The notes under the pieces are model-generated. The model searched no databases. It was not told where the DNA came from and saw only the letters and a list, made by a program, of their open reading frames with translations. A stretch of DNA of 49,576 nucleotides. Origin: Escherichia phage HK639. How positions within the stretch are numbered: position 1 is the first letter of the stretch; each line of letters opens with the position of its first letter. Location of the stretch: the sequence record NC_016158.1; one strand, given 5' to 3'. The position numbers and the translations under genes were made by a program. Positions 34,724 through 42,855 of this stretch are shown here, piece after piece.

Positions 34724-34897
34724 ATGGTTAACGGTGTCACCAATGGTAAATCGTTTACCAAGGATGACAGCGTTTACCAGAGGGATCGGGTTGTTTACCA
34801 GCTGGCGGGGAATAGACGCCGTTAATGCCAGCATCCCATAATATTCAATTGGTTACGCTGACGTGGTGGTGGTGGTCGAATGGGGATCGGCAGACAC

Positions 34898-34921
34898 AAA
34901 AAACCCGGCGCGGGGCCGGGG
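34898..34921 (-). terminator. Intrinsic terminator ending the TAC-like cassette (minus strand)
   Basis: Minus strand reads CCCGGC-CCCGC-GCCGGG followed by TTTTTTGT, 6 nt after the stop of ORF 34927-35325. Confidence 0.75.
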
Positions 34922-34926
34922 AGGGG

Positions 34927-35325
34927 TTAGTTCATTGGAAGAGAAATTCCAGAAACTCCCGCTTGTGCAAGTAGGGTATCAGCGAAGAATTTAAAATAAG
35001 TTTTCATGAACGACGAAAAATACCATGTATTTTCAATAAGAAACGTTTCATCTACAGTTTTATCTTTTGGATATGTATAGACCATCTTCATATCTATTTT
35101 TAAAGAAAACACTTTTGTAGATTTATCAGGACCATAGCTATCAGCAAAGGGACTGGCATGAACGATAATCACTGATAGATCAGGGTTGGAAAGTAGAGTC
35201 CCGCCAGCCTCAAAATTTAAATCGCCATACTCGAAAGTAACCTCTCCGCCATAAGAGTCTCCTAAGCGCGAAATTGCGCTATTAGTTACTGATGCTTCAA
35301 TGAGTTGCAATTCGCTTAATAGCAT
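34927..35325 (-). CDS. SecB-like chaperone candidate (third gene of the cassette)
   Basis: 132 aa, beta-rich N-half, C-terminal ...FFADTLLAQAGVSGISLPMN resembling the SecB ...MVSRGTFPQLNLAPVNF end. Overlaps the antitoxin stop by 10 nt. Confidence 0.45.
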   Translation of the reverse strand: MLLSELQLIEASVTNSAISRLGDSYGGEVTFEYGDLNFEAGGTLLSNPDLSVIIVHASPFADSYGPDKSTKVFSLKIDMKMVYTYPKDKTVDETFLIENTWYFSSFMKTYFKFFADTLLAQAGVSGISLPMN

Positions 35326-35738
35326 TTCGTTTGATATTCCGCATTGCTTGTTTTAATAGTAATTTTAATGGTCTGGCCCGGGTTATCGCTAACATCGGCC
35401 GCTTTCCATGAGAGTCGTTTCATATCTGGAATGATGGCATGCGAGACGTCCACTCCTTCTCTTAATATGACAACTTTCGCCACGGCCCCTAAAGCATAGG
35501 CCATATCAGAAAGGGTTTTGAGAGTCATATTCCGAGTGCCGTCGAGCAGCTGGCTTACATGACCTTTAGATTTACCCAATTTTTTAGCTAGCTCGGACTG
35601 AGAAATGTTCGCGTCCTGCATTGCTAAAAGAAGGTCTTCAGTTGTGTTAAAGATCAAGCGCTCACACGCCATCTCTCGCTCACTAACCTCCGGGAAATCA
35701 AAATTATCATCACTAAACAGATTGTTAGCAATCATCAT
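35316..35738 (-). CDS. XRE-family HTH antitoxin (HigA-like) with C-terminal extension
   Basis: HTH ISQSELAKKLGKSKGHVSQLLDGTRNMTLKTLSDMAYALG, with about 45 extra C-terminal residues. The ATGs at 35738/35735 are preferred to track TTG 35750. Confidence 0.7.
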   Translation of the reverse strand: MMIANNLFSDDNFDFPEVSEREMACERLIFNTTEDLLLAMQDANISQSELAKKLGKSKGHVSQLLDGTRNMTLKTLSDMAYALGAVAKVVILREGVDVSHAIIPDMKRLSWKAADVSDNPGQTIKITIKTSNAEYQTKCY

Positions 35739-36129
35739 GGCCTCGCTCAATTCTTTCCCAATTATTTTTCACCTTTTGGACATCTGAGTCATCAAGTCGG
35801 TCAAAATCTTTGTATATGTAATGACTAATAAAAATCGTCATATCATGTCTGTCAGACTCCCAGTAGTAACCTCTAATCGGAATCTTCTTTATAGCCCAGA
35901 AATTCTTAGCTGGCTTTCCGTTAAACGATGGCAAAATTCCTTCTTTGCGAACACTCAAGTCAGGCGTCCTTTTGCCAGAAGCCAAGCGCTCAAGTTGCAG
36001 GATGAGTGATATCTGCATACTTTTCTGCCTCTTTGCAGGAGTAACGCTTTTCAGCGATTCGCTCAGGGATTTCAATGCTCCCTTACAATGCACTATCCGA
36101 TAACACTCACCCTGTATGGAGCCTTTCAA
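35725..36129 (-). CDS. RelE/HigB superfamily toxin (Gp49/DUF891-like)
   Basis: C-terminal core FWAIKKIPIRGYYWESDRHDMTIFISHYIYKDFDRL resembles Gp49-like HigB toxins. Toxin-first order. TTG start after GGTGA. Confidence 0.6.
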   Translation of the reverse strand: MKGSIQGECYRIVHCKGALKSLSESLKSVTPAKRQKSMQISLILQLERLASGKRTPDLSVRKEGILPSFNGKPAKNFWAIKKIPIRGYYWESDRHDMTIFISHYIYKDFDRLDDSDVQKVKNNWERIERGHDDC

Positions 36130-36145
36130 TTTATCACCATCTAAG

Positions 36146-36165
36146 AGTTAATATATATATTAACT
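36146..36165. promoter_or_regulatory. Perfect 20-bp palindrome AGTTAATATATATATTAACT, probable TA operator/promoter
   Basis: Read directly; 17 nt upstream of the toxin start; overlaps -10-like TATATT/ATATTA. Confidence 0.6.
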
Positions 36166-36291
36166 TGAAGGATACAAGTTAGTTTGACTTAAAATGCTTA
36201 TTAATATGTATGACTCTTCACACCGAGATGTGCCCTTCGATATTGTCACCAGCTATGCGCCGACCAGAACACCTTGCAGAAGCCCCAGCTG

Positions 36292-36981
36292 TCAAAGCTT
36301 GTTGTAAGCAATGGACTCATGGATCAGCGCCTTACCCATGATGTACAGCTGGTCCTGATTTTCTTCTGTCACATACCAGTCTTTGTACGCCGGGTTATCG
36401 GAAAGTACAGCCAACTGCAGACCCTGCATTTGCAGGCGCTTAACGTGGAAGTGCTGCCCGAAGACAAACGCATACACCCCGTCAACTTTGAAGTTCCTCA
36501 CTGAAACGTCAAAGAAGAGGCGATCGCCAGACTGTATTGTCGGGCACATGCTGTCGCCGTCTACGGTCATCACCTTCACATCATTTTGAGTGCGGTTCCC
36601 GAAAAGAGATCTGGCATGCTCAGTTGTGAACTCAATAGCATGCAGGACCTCAACAAATTCAGAAATCATAAAAGACCCCGGACCAGCGCTTACTTTCAGG
36701 TCTAAAACATCAACCCGAAAGACATCAATTGTTTCCGAGACCGGTTGGGCCGCCGATGGCACATTACCATCAATCCGCATTTCCCCCACTCCAGAACTAA
36801 GCCATTCCGGCCTTACACCCAGAGCATGAGCTAGCTCGACCATCTTACGGCTGCCGCTCGTTTTACCTGATGTCATCTTTTGAATTGCAGGCTGGGATAT
36901 ACCGACTTTATCAGCCAACTGTCCTTGAGATATGTCAGCGGCCGACATAGCCGCGTTCAGTCGTTCTGCAAATGTTTTCAT
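36292..36981 (-). CDS. cI: CI-type repressor (HTH + S24 LexA-like autopeptidase)
   Basis: HTH ISQGQLADKVGISQPAIQKMTSG; Ala-Gly site (VSAGPG); GDSM serine and VKRL lysine; divergent from cro across the operators. Confidence 0.9.
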   Translation of the reverse strand: MKTFAERLNAAMSAADISQGQLADKVGISQPAIQKMTSGKTSGSRKMVELAHALGVRPEWLSSGVGEMRIDGNVPSAAQPVSETIDVFRVDVLDLKVSAGPGSFMISEFVEVLHAIEFTTEHARSLFGNRTQNDVKVMTVDGDSMCPTIQSGDRLFFDVSVRNFKVDGVYAFVFGQHFHVKRLQMQGLQLAVLSDNPAYKDWYVTEENQDQLYIMGKALIHESIAYNKL

Positions 36982-36992
36982 CTTATCAATAT

Positions 36993-37055
36993 ATAACCGA
37001 GGTTATGTAGAGTAAAATAACAAAGGTTATGGACAATGCCCATAACTTGGGTTAT
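36993..37055. promoter_or_regulatory. OR operator cluster (three 14-bp palindromes)
   Basis: ATAACCGAGGTTAT (36993-37006), ATAACAAAGGTTAT (37017-37030) and ATAACTTGGGTTAT (37042-37055), between cI and cro. Confidence 0.85.
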
Positions 37056-37091
37056 CTTTTCATTAATCCAGTAATCGGATAGGTAAAATCC

Positions 37092-37319
37092 ATGAACAAA
37101 GTTATTCAACGAGCTTTAGAAATCGTTGGCAGCCAGAAGCGACTCGCAGATATTTGCGGCGTTAGCCAGCCAGCGGTTCACAAGTGGCTTAACGGTGGTT
37201 CCGTATCTCCGGAAAAAGTAACAGCCATCGTAAACGCTACTGGTGGCGAGATTAAGGCACACGAAATTCGACCTGATCTTCCCGACCTGTTTCCACACCC
37301 AGAGAACCATGCCGCTTAA
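37092..37319 (+). CDS. cro: Cro-like repressor (YdaS family HTH)
   Basis: 75 aa; GSQKRLADICGVSQPAVHKWLNGG; divergent from cI. Confidence 0.75.
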   Translation: MNKVIQRALEIVGSQKRLADICGVSQPAVHKWLNGGSVSPEKVTAIVNATGGEIKAHEIRPDLPDLFPHPENHAA

Positions 37320-37348
37320 CGGCGGCCCTAACCACGAAAGGGAAAGCA

Positions 37349-37894
37349 ATGCATTCACTTGCGTATCAACAAGGTAACAAATTTTCGCCAACGGCGATGA
37401 TTTACCAGAATCGCCGGGAGCCTGATTCCGCGGCGTTAAACATCGATGGGATTCGCGCAGCGGTTCGCGCCTGGGCAGCTGATTGCCGCAGCCGTGAATT
37501 TGTCGCCGCTCTGATTGTTGAAGAGTGGCGGGCAATCGGCGGCACCGGACTTGATATCCCGACTGACTCACACCGCCAGATGCAGAAGGTGTTCCGCTGG
37601 ATCGACGGGGACACCGAATATGCGGCCAACAACATTCGCCAGCTGGCACCGGCAATCATGGCCGTGCTGCCGCTGGAGTACCGCAACCGCCTGGCACCGC
37701 AGAACGACACGATGTCGCTAATCGCCTCTGCAATGAAAGAGTGTGCCGAGGCTAAACAGGCCGTGCTGCTGGACGCTCCAGAGCATCAGAAGCTGAAAGA
37801 GGTAAGCGAGGGTATAGCGTCGCTGTTCCGCCTCATGCCGGAGCAGGTAGGGCCGTTGATGACGATGGTGACGTCGATGCTGGGGGTTATGTGA
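37349..37894 (+). CDS. CII-analogue (YdaT-like regulatory protein)
   Basis: HRQMQKVFRWIDGDTEYAANNIRQLAPAIMAVLPLEYRNRL aligns by eye with recalled YdaT QQNIYHRWLKGETKTQREKIQKLIPAILAILPRELRHRL; sits in the cII position. Confidence 0.55.
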   Translation: MHSLAYQQGNKFSPTAMIYQNRREPDSAALNIDGIRAAVRAWAADCRSREFVAALIVEEWRAIGGTGLDIPTDSHRQMQKVFRWIDGDTEYAANNIRQLAPAIMAVLPLEYRNRLAPQNDTMSLIASAMKECAEAKQAVLLDAPEHQKLKEVSEGIASLFRLMPEQVGPLMTMVTSMLGVM

Positions 37895-37979
37895 GAGGCA
37901 CCAGAAAAGAAAAAGCCCTTGAAGCGGTCACTTCAAAGGCCTTCCAAACACTGTGTTACGCCAAGTAACGGGATTAATT

Positions 37980-38384
37980 ATGGCAGGACAAACAAAGCAA
38001 GTAAACACCGAGCTAAGGGCTGGTGACAGGTTCGAAACTGCATACCCATTTATCTATGTGTGCACAGATTACCAGTCATACGACGGCAACGTGCATACCG
38101 ATGAGCGTTGGATTGGCGGTTGCCACAAAAATTATGAGCCCGCTGACTGTGGGTATGGTGATCAGTGCTTTTACACCGCTGATGCTGAAGGAAAGCGAAT
38201 TCTTGAGGTTTTGGCTGTCGTGGAAATGCCAGGTAATTGGCAGAGAAGAATTATTTACGCCTGTCATCTCATAGAACCTGAAGGTAAGGAGAGGAAAGGC
38301 AGAAAGGCTTACACAGTAACTGAATCCAGATTCTTAAAAATGGCTTCTGGTTATTTTGCAGATTACGAATTGGAGGATGCCTAA
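37980..38384 (+). CDS. Hypothetical protein
   Basis: 134 aa from ATG 37980; Cys/Tyr-rich; between the cII-like and O-like genes. Confidence 0.5.
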   Translation: MAGQTKQVNTELRAGDRFETAYPFIYVCTDYQSYDGNVHTDERWIGGCHKNYEPADCGYGDQCFYTADAEGKRILEVLAVVEMPGNWQRRIIYACHLIEPEGKERKGRKAYTVTESRFLKMASGYFADYELEDA

Positions 38385-39247
38385 TGGCTCGCTCAAGAAA
38401 CATTAAGCCAGGCTTTTTCACAAATGACGAGCTTGCAGAATGCCAGCCACTGGCGCGCATCCTCTTCGCTGGCTTGTGGACTATCGCCGATAAAGAGGGG
38501 CGCCTGGATGACCGCCCTAAGAAAATTAAAGCCATGGTGCTGCCTTTTGATGATGTCGATTGTGACGCTTTGTTGCAGCAGCTGCATCAGCACAAATTCA
38601 TCAACCGTTACCAGGTAAAAGGCGATTCCTACATTCAAGTTTCTAACTGGAAAAAGCATCAGAACCCGCACTGCAAAGAAGCGGCAAGTGAGATACCAGA
38701 ACCATCTCAGAACCAAAATGGCACCGAACAAGAACAGTGCAATTCAGATGCAAAAGAGGAAAAGGAAGAAGAGGGAAAGCCTCAAGTAATTGAAAATAAT
38801 GAAGCACAAGAAAAGCACGGTGCTAGTAAGGTGCAAGAACAGGTTAAGAACAGTTTAAATCCTGCTGATTCCCTTAACCTGATTCCTGATTCCCCTATCC
38901 CTGATCCGGATTCCTTGGTTAACACCCAAGCCGCTGACGCGTCTTGCGAAGAGGCCAATGCAGATATTCATGAAATATCGAGTCGGTACGCATTCGAGGG
39001 CCAGATCGTACGGCTGAACCACAAGGACTACCAGGCATGGTTAAGCCTGTACCCGCTGATAGACCTGAATTACGAGCTTCAGAAGCTGGATATCGAGTTC
39101 ACTCATGAGAAGCCAAAAAATTGGTTTATCACTGCCAGCCAGAAGCTGAGTTATCAGAACAAGCAAGCGGCAGTGCGCTGCAAACCAGCCGCTAAGCCGG
39201 ATCTGGACTTCAACAACACCGACTGGGCTTATGGGGTGATTCGATGA
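38384..39247 (+). CDS. Replication initiator (O-like) with internal origin repeats
   Basis: 287 aa upstream of the lambda-P homologue. Conserved N-terminus MARSRNIKPGFFTNDELAECQPLARILFAGLW. Low-complexity middle region encoded by repeats. Confidence 0.65.
   Translation: MARSRNIKPGFFTNDELAECQPLARILFAGLWTIADKEGRLDDRPKKIKAMVLPFDDVDCDALLQQLHQHKFINRYQVKGDSYIQVSNWKKHQNPHCKEAASEIPEPSQNQNGTEQEQCNSDAKEEKEEEGKPQVIENNEAQEKHGASKVQEQVKNSLNPADSLNLIPDSPIPDPDSLVNTQAADASCEEANADIHEISSRYAFEGQIVRLNHKDYQAWLSLYPLIDLNYELQKLDIEFTHEKPKNWFITASQKLSYQNKQAAVRCKPAAKPDLDFNNTDWAYGVIR
38861..38917 (+). repeat. Iteron-like CTGATTCC repeats, candidate ori
   Basis: CCTGCTGATTCCCTTAACCTGATTCCTGATTCCCCTATCCCTGATCCGGATTCC, preceded by a purine/A-rich tract, inside the O-like gene as in lambda. 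Confidence 0.5.
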
Positions 39248-39933
39248 AATCTCTTGCAGAGCAGATGCGTAACCACGACCGCGAGCAGATGAGCCGCATG
39301 GCCCATAACCTGCCAGAGCAGTACCAGGAGCGTGCGCCGGTCGAACAAGTGGCGCAGGTATTCAACAAGCTGTTCAACGAGCTGCGCGCCGCTTTCCCGG
39401 CCAGTATGGCAAACTTCCGCACCCAGGATGACCTGAACGAATTCCGCCGTCAGTGGCTGCTGGCGTTTCAGGAGAACGGGATCCACACCATGGCTCAGGT
39501 CGATGCCGGCATGCGTGTAGCTCGCCGCCAGGAGCGTCCATTCCTGCCGTCTCCGGGCCAGTTCGTCGCCTGGTGCAAACAGAGCGGCGGCGCGCTGGGT
39601 ATCACCGTTGACCAGGTGATCACCGAATACTGGGACTGGCGTAATCGTTCGTTCGAATTCACCTCTAGCGAGCAATTTCCCTGGTCTCAGCCGGTCATGT
39701 ACCACATCTGCGTAGAACTGCGCCACCGCAGCACTGAGCGCCAGTTAACGCATGGTGAGCTGTCGCGCGAAGCAGGCGACCTGCTGGACATGTGGGAGAA
39801 GCGAGTCATGGAGGGTAAGCCAGTGCCGCCGGTACGCCGGGCAATTGCAGCGCCTGCCGCAGAGCATGGGCCTACGCCGATCCAGCTGCTCCAGGCGAAG
39901 TACAACCGCAACAAATCGAACGGGATGGTGTGA
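39244..39933 (+). CDS. P: Replication protein P (DnaB loader)
   Basis: Close by-eye match to recalled lambda P (AEQM.N.DREQM.R.A.N.PEQY, GMRVARRQ.RPFLPSPGQFVAWC). Confidence 0.85.
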   Translation: MKSLAEQMRNHDREQMSRMAHNLPEQYQERAPVEQVAQVFNKLFNELRAAFPASMANFRTQDDLNEFRRQWLLAFQENGIHTMAQVDAGMRVARRQERPFLPSPGQFVAWCKQSGGALGITVDQVITEYWDWRNRSFEFTSSEQFPWSQPVMYHICVELRHRSTERQLTHGELSREAGDLLDMWEKRVMEGKPVPPVRRAIAAPAAEHGPTPIQLLQAKYNRNKSNGMV

Positions 39934-39934
39934 G

Positions 39935-40279
39935 ATGACCATAACAATCCGTGGGCAGATTCTTGCAGCCCTGCGTAATAACCCGGGCCTGAGCAGTGCT
40001 CGCATTGCCACCATGATCGGCATGACCACCAAAAAGATTTCCGGCCCGCTAAGCACATTGTTTGCAGACGGCCTGATCGAGTTCGAAGGCAAGCACGGCC
40101 AGCGGCTTTATCGGCTGACAAGCTACGGCATGAAATACGCACCGGAAACCATACCGGCCATGCCGAAGGGAAATTCGAAGCTGGTGCAGCGCACAGAGGC
40201 AAACGTGACCTGCCAGGAGTGCCGCAACAGTCCGGCGATGAGAAGGGTATTGATGGTTTGGGGGAGGGTAGGGGGATGA
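39935..40279 (+). CDS. Winged-helix-like small protein
   Basis: 114 aa from ATG 39935, 1 nt after the P stop; ILAALRNNPGLSSARIATMIGMTTKKISGPLSTL. Confidence 0.5.
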   Translation: MTITIRGQILAALRNNPGLSSARIATMIGMTTKKISGPLSTLFADGLIEFEGKHGQRLYRLTSYGMKYAPETIPAMPKGNSKLVQRTEANVTCQECRNSPAMRRVLMVWGRVGG

Positions 40280-40815
40280 AATTATTTGAGATGGAAGGTT
40301 TTCTCCGTGGCAAGTGCATTCCACGCGATGTGAAGGTTAACGAAACCAACGCCGAGTATCTTGTGCGTAAATTTGCCGAAGCAGATGCCATGTGCGCGGC
40401 GCTGGCTGCGGAGAATGCGGGGCTGAAGGCGGTGTGTGAAGACCGTCGCGCGTTCATCATGAATGGGGTTCAGCTGGGTTATATCCAGGTTCCGACAGTG
40501 GAAACAGACCCGGCACTTGAAACCATTCGCGTTGCTGTGTCACCCCAAGAGCCAACCCCAGCAACCGACGCTTTCCTGGCTGAAGTGCGGGCTCAGGGTG
40601 TGGAAGAGTTTCTGAGAGATAGCCAATTACCTTATCAAATTGCAACTGTGTTGGCTGATTACGACGACGTCGATGATGCAACGCTCCAGACCGTTATTTG
40701 GTCTGGGCAGCCGCCAGAGCCTGATGGCGACGTTTGGCACCTCGAATATGTGTCTCGCGGTAACGCAATTGTGCGCGCTGTTTTGAAGGAGCTTCGCAAA
40801 GGAGTGCAGTCATGA
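40276..40815 (+). CDS. Hypothetical nin-region protein
   Basis: 179 aa from ATG 40276 (ATGA overlap). Confidence 0.5.
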   Translation: MKLFEMEGFLRGKCIPRDVKVNETNAEYLVRKFAEADAMCAALAAENAGLKAVCEDRRAFIMNGVQLGYIQVPTVETDPALETIRVAVSPQEPTPATDAFLAEVRAQGVEEFLRDSQLPYQIATVLADYDDVDDATLQTVIWSGQPPEPDGDVWHLEYVSRGNAIVRAVLKELRKGVQS

Positions 40816-41042
40816 GACTGAAAATGCACACGCCAGACGGATCGGTGATTGTCGAAAGTAACCTGGTAACGCAGTTTTACCCTGATTTCGAAAGCGGCGG
40901 CGAGCTGACCACCATCGAAACGGTATCGGCCACAGGAGAAACTTTCTCGGTGAAAGTAAAGCACTCGTTTATGCAGGTGACTGGAGCACTGGCTACAGCC
41001 TGGAGCGTTGACGAGAAGAAAGCAACAAGGGGCGCCCAATGA
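40812..41042 (+). CDS. Hypothetical protein
   Basis: 76 aa, coupled. Confidence 0.45.
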   Translation: MRLKMHTPDGSVIVESNLVTQFYPDFESGGELTTIETVSATGETFSVKVKHSFMQVTGALATAWSVDEKKATRGAQ

Positions 41043-41551
41043 GCAACATCGACAAACATGCCGTCCAAGCAGTTGCCGATTTGAAAGCTGGTTACACCCT
41101 CGGTCACGCTGATGTGGCAATCCTGAACGAGCTGGCGCGTATAGCACTGGCATCGCTCGAAGTGGAGGCTGTGGCGTGGCTACTGTCAGGCGGCGGCGCA
41201 AAAAACAACGTCAGCTTCGATAGTGGCAATGCTTATGCCGACCCGCTGCGAGAAGTAACGCCGCTTTACACCGCCCCGCCAGCGCCGGTATCTGTGCCCG
41301 CTGCGATGGAAATGGATGATGACTTTGACAGCGCGTTTGAACACGGAAAAGCTGTCGGCTGGAACGCCTATCGCGCAGCCATGCTTCAGTCGTTCGGTAA
41401 TTCCGAACAACTCAACTCTCCGGTGATTCCGGATGGTTGGGTGCTGGTGCCAGAAGAACCCACCCATGAAATGCTTGAGGCTGGTGATGAACAATTCGGA
41501 ACTTACGATGTGTATCGCCGGATGATAGCAGCATCACCGCAGCAGAAGTGA
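41039..41551 (+). CDS. Hypothetical protein
   Basis: 170 aa, coupled (ATGA). Confidence 0.5.
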   Translation: MSNIDKHAVQAVADLKAGYTLGHADVAILNELARIALASLEVEAVAWLLSGGGAKNNVSFDSGNAYADPLREVTPLYTAPPAPVSVPAAMEMDDDFDSAFEHGKAVGWNAYRAAMLQSFGNSEQLNSPVIPDGWVLVPEEPTHEMLEAGDEQFGTYDVYRRMIAASPQQK

Positions 41552-41584
41552 TCTATAATCCCCTCAAATAACCGAGGGGGTTTT

Positions 41585-41767
41585 ATGTCTAACGAAGAAA
41601 TGACTCCAGCAGAAAAATATAAAGCTTCAATGAAAAGACATAAAAAGTTCTGGAGGAAATCACAAATTGCAAATGCGAAACGGTTTGATGCTGGAGAGGT
41701 TGAATCTGTTGATGGTTTTAGATCTCCTTATGAGACCAGAAAGAAGAGAGGGAGGACTGCTGACTAA
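41585..41767 (+). CDS. Small basic hypothetical protein
   Basis: 60 aa, SD GAGGGGG. Confidence 0.4.
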   Translation: MSNEEMTPAEKYKASMKRHKKFWRKSQIANAKRFDAGEVESVDGFRSPYETRKKRGRTAD

Positions 41768-42009
41768 TGTCTGACTGGAACATTGCAGCAAAGCCGCAGG
41801 AAGACCGCGATAAGGTTAACGTTGACCTGGCAGCCTCCGGCGTGGCCTACAAAGAGCGCCTGAATATGCCGGTTATCGCCGAAGTGGTGATGCGTGAGCA
41901 GCCGGAGTATTTGCGTGATTACTTCCTTGAGCGCCTTAAGTTTTATCGTGAGAAGTCGATAACTTTGCCGAAAGGTAGCGATCCGGCTTACCTGAAACAG
42001 GATGACTAA
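41767..42009 (+). CDS. Hypothetical protein
   Basis: 80 aa, TAATG coupling. Confidence 0.45.
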   Translation: MSDWNIAAKPQEDRDKVNVDLAASGVAYKERLNMPVIAEVVMREQPEYLRDYFLERLKFYREKSITLPKGSDPAYLKQDD

Positions 42010-42011
42010 AA

Positions 42012-42233
42012 ATGAAAGTTGCATTACTAAAGAACCCAAAAATCGTTATGGAAGCAGAATTCACTGACGGATCGCCGGAAAGGTTAGTTTTCCTCAAAGA
42101 CCAAGTCACGGAAGTCATTTTTGACGGCGCCGCTGATGATGAGCTGTTCGAGTTTATTTTCGATGAAAGAACAGCCAAGGGATTTTATTTCCATGACTTT
42201 GACGGAGAAAGATATACCTTCCTCGGAGAATAA
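42012..42233 (+). CDS. Hypothetical protein
   Basis: 73 aa, AT-richer than neighbours. Confidence 0.45.
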   Translation: MKVALLKNPKIVMEAEFTDGSPERLVFLKDQVTEVIFDGAADDELFEFIFDERTAKGFYFHDFDGERYTFLGE

Positions 42234-42306
42234 TCAGCCTTTGATTTTCTGGAATCAAACCGCCATAATCATGTCATCGGAGCCTGAACAACTCCGGTGA
42301 CTTCTG

Positions 42307-42415
42307 CGCATTTAAGGGGACTTAAATGCGACCACAATCTGAACTCCTCACCTTGTCACAGATGCAGAAATGCACCTGCGATTTTCTGCATTCTGCGTTT
42401 GACCTCTTCGGAGGT
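42307..42415 (+). promoter_or_regulatory. Three consecutive hairpins before ninB (tR2-position structures; the last sequesters the ninB SD)
   Basis: CGCATTTAAG-GGGA-CTTAAATGCG (42307-42330); ATGCAGAAA-N12-TTTCTGCAT (42362-42391); ACCTC-TTCG-GAGGT (42402-42415), which includes the GGAGGT SD for GTG 42421. Confidence 0.5.
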
Positions 42416-42420
42416 GAAGC

Positions 42421-42855
42421 GTGGCTGTAAAATTCCTGCTGCGCGACCAGCGCATCCGCCAAAACCTCATCGATTACATCAATCAACAGCCGCTGAATGC
42501 TGAGTTTCCTCTCGTCGTTTCTTTCTCAGACCCTGACCGGACATTGCCACAAAACTCACTCTTCCACGCGCTATGTGGCGACGTGTCAAAGCAACTGCAA
42601 TGGGCAGGGAAGCGCCGGAACCTCTCGGAATGGAAGGTTCTGTTTGTCTCCGGGCATGCGGTCGCAACTGGCAAACCCGGTGAAGTTGTGCCGGGTATTG
42701 AGGGAGAGTTCTGCGCCATCCGAGAAAGCACCTCGAAGATGGGCATTAAGCGCATGAACAGCCTGATTGAGTACACGCAGGCCTTTGCCGTAGGCAATGG
42801 CGTTCAGCTCCGCGAAGTGCGCTATTCGCTGGACTATTTCGGGAGGGTTGCATGA
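42421..42855 (+). CDS. ninB: NinB recombination protein
   Basis: [31 protein letters not shown] matches recalled lambda NinB LDQNRKLWACLGDVSRQVEWHGRWLDAESWK; GTG start. Confidence 0.8.
   Translation: MAVKFLLRDQRIRQNLIDYINQQPLNAEFPLVVSFSDPDRTLPQNSLFHALCGDVSKQLQWAGKRRNLSEWKVLFVSGHAVATGKPGEVVPGIEGEFCAIRESTSKMGIKRMNSLIEYTQAFAVGNGVQLREVRYSLDYFGRVA

Noticed and set aside
37116-37655. 179-aa minus-strand ORF
   Set aside because: Antisense to cro and the cII-like gene; Arg/Pro/Cys-rich.
39687-40460. 257-aa minus-strand ORF
   Set aside because: Antisense to P and the downstream nin-region genes; Ser/Arg/Pro/Cys-rich nonsense-like sequence.
40659-41201. 180-aa minus-strand ORF
   Set aside because: Antisense to three coupled plus-strand nin-region ORFs; junk-like composition.
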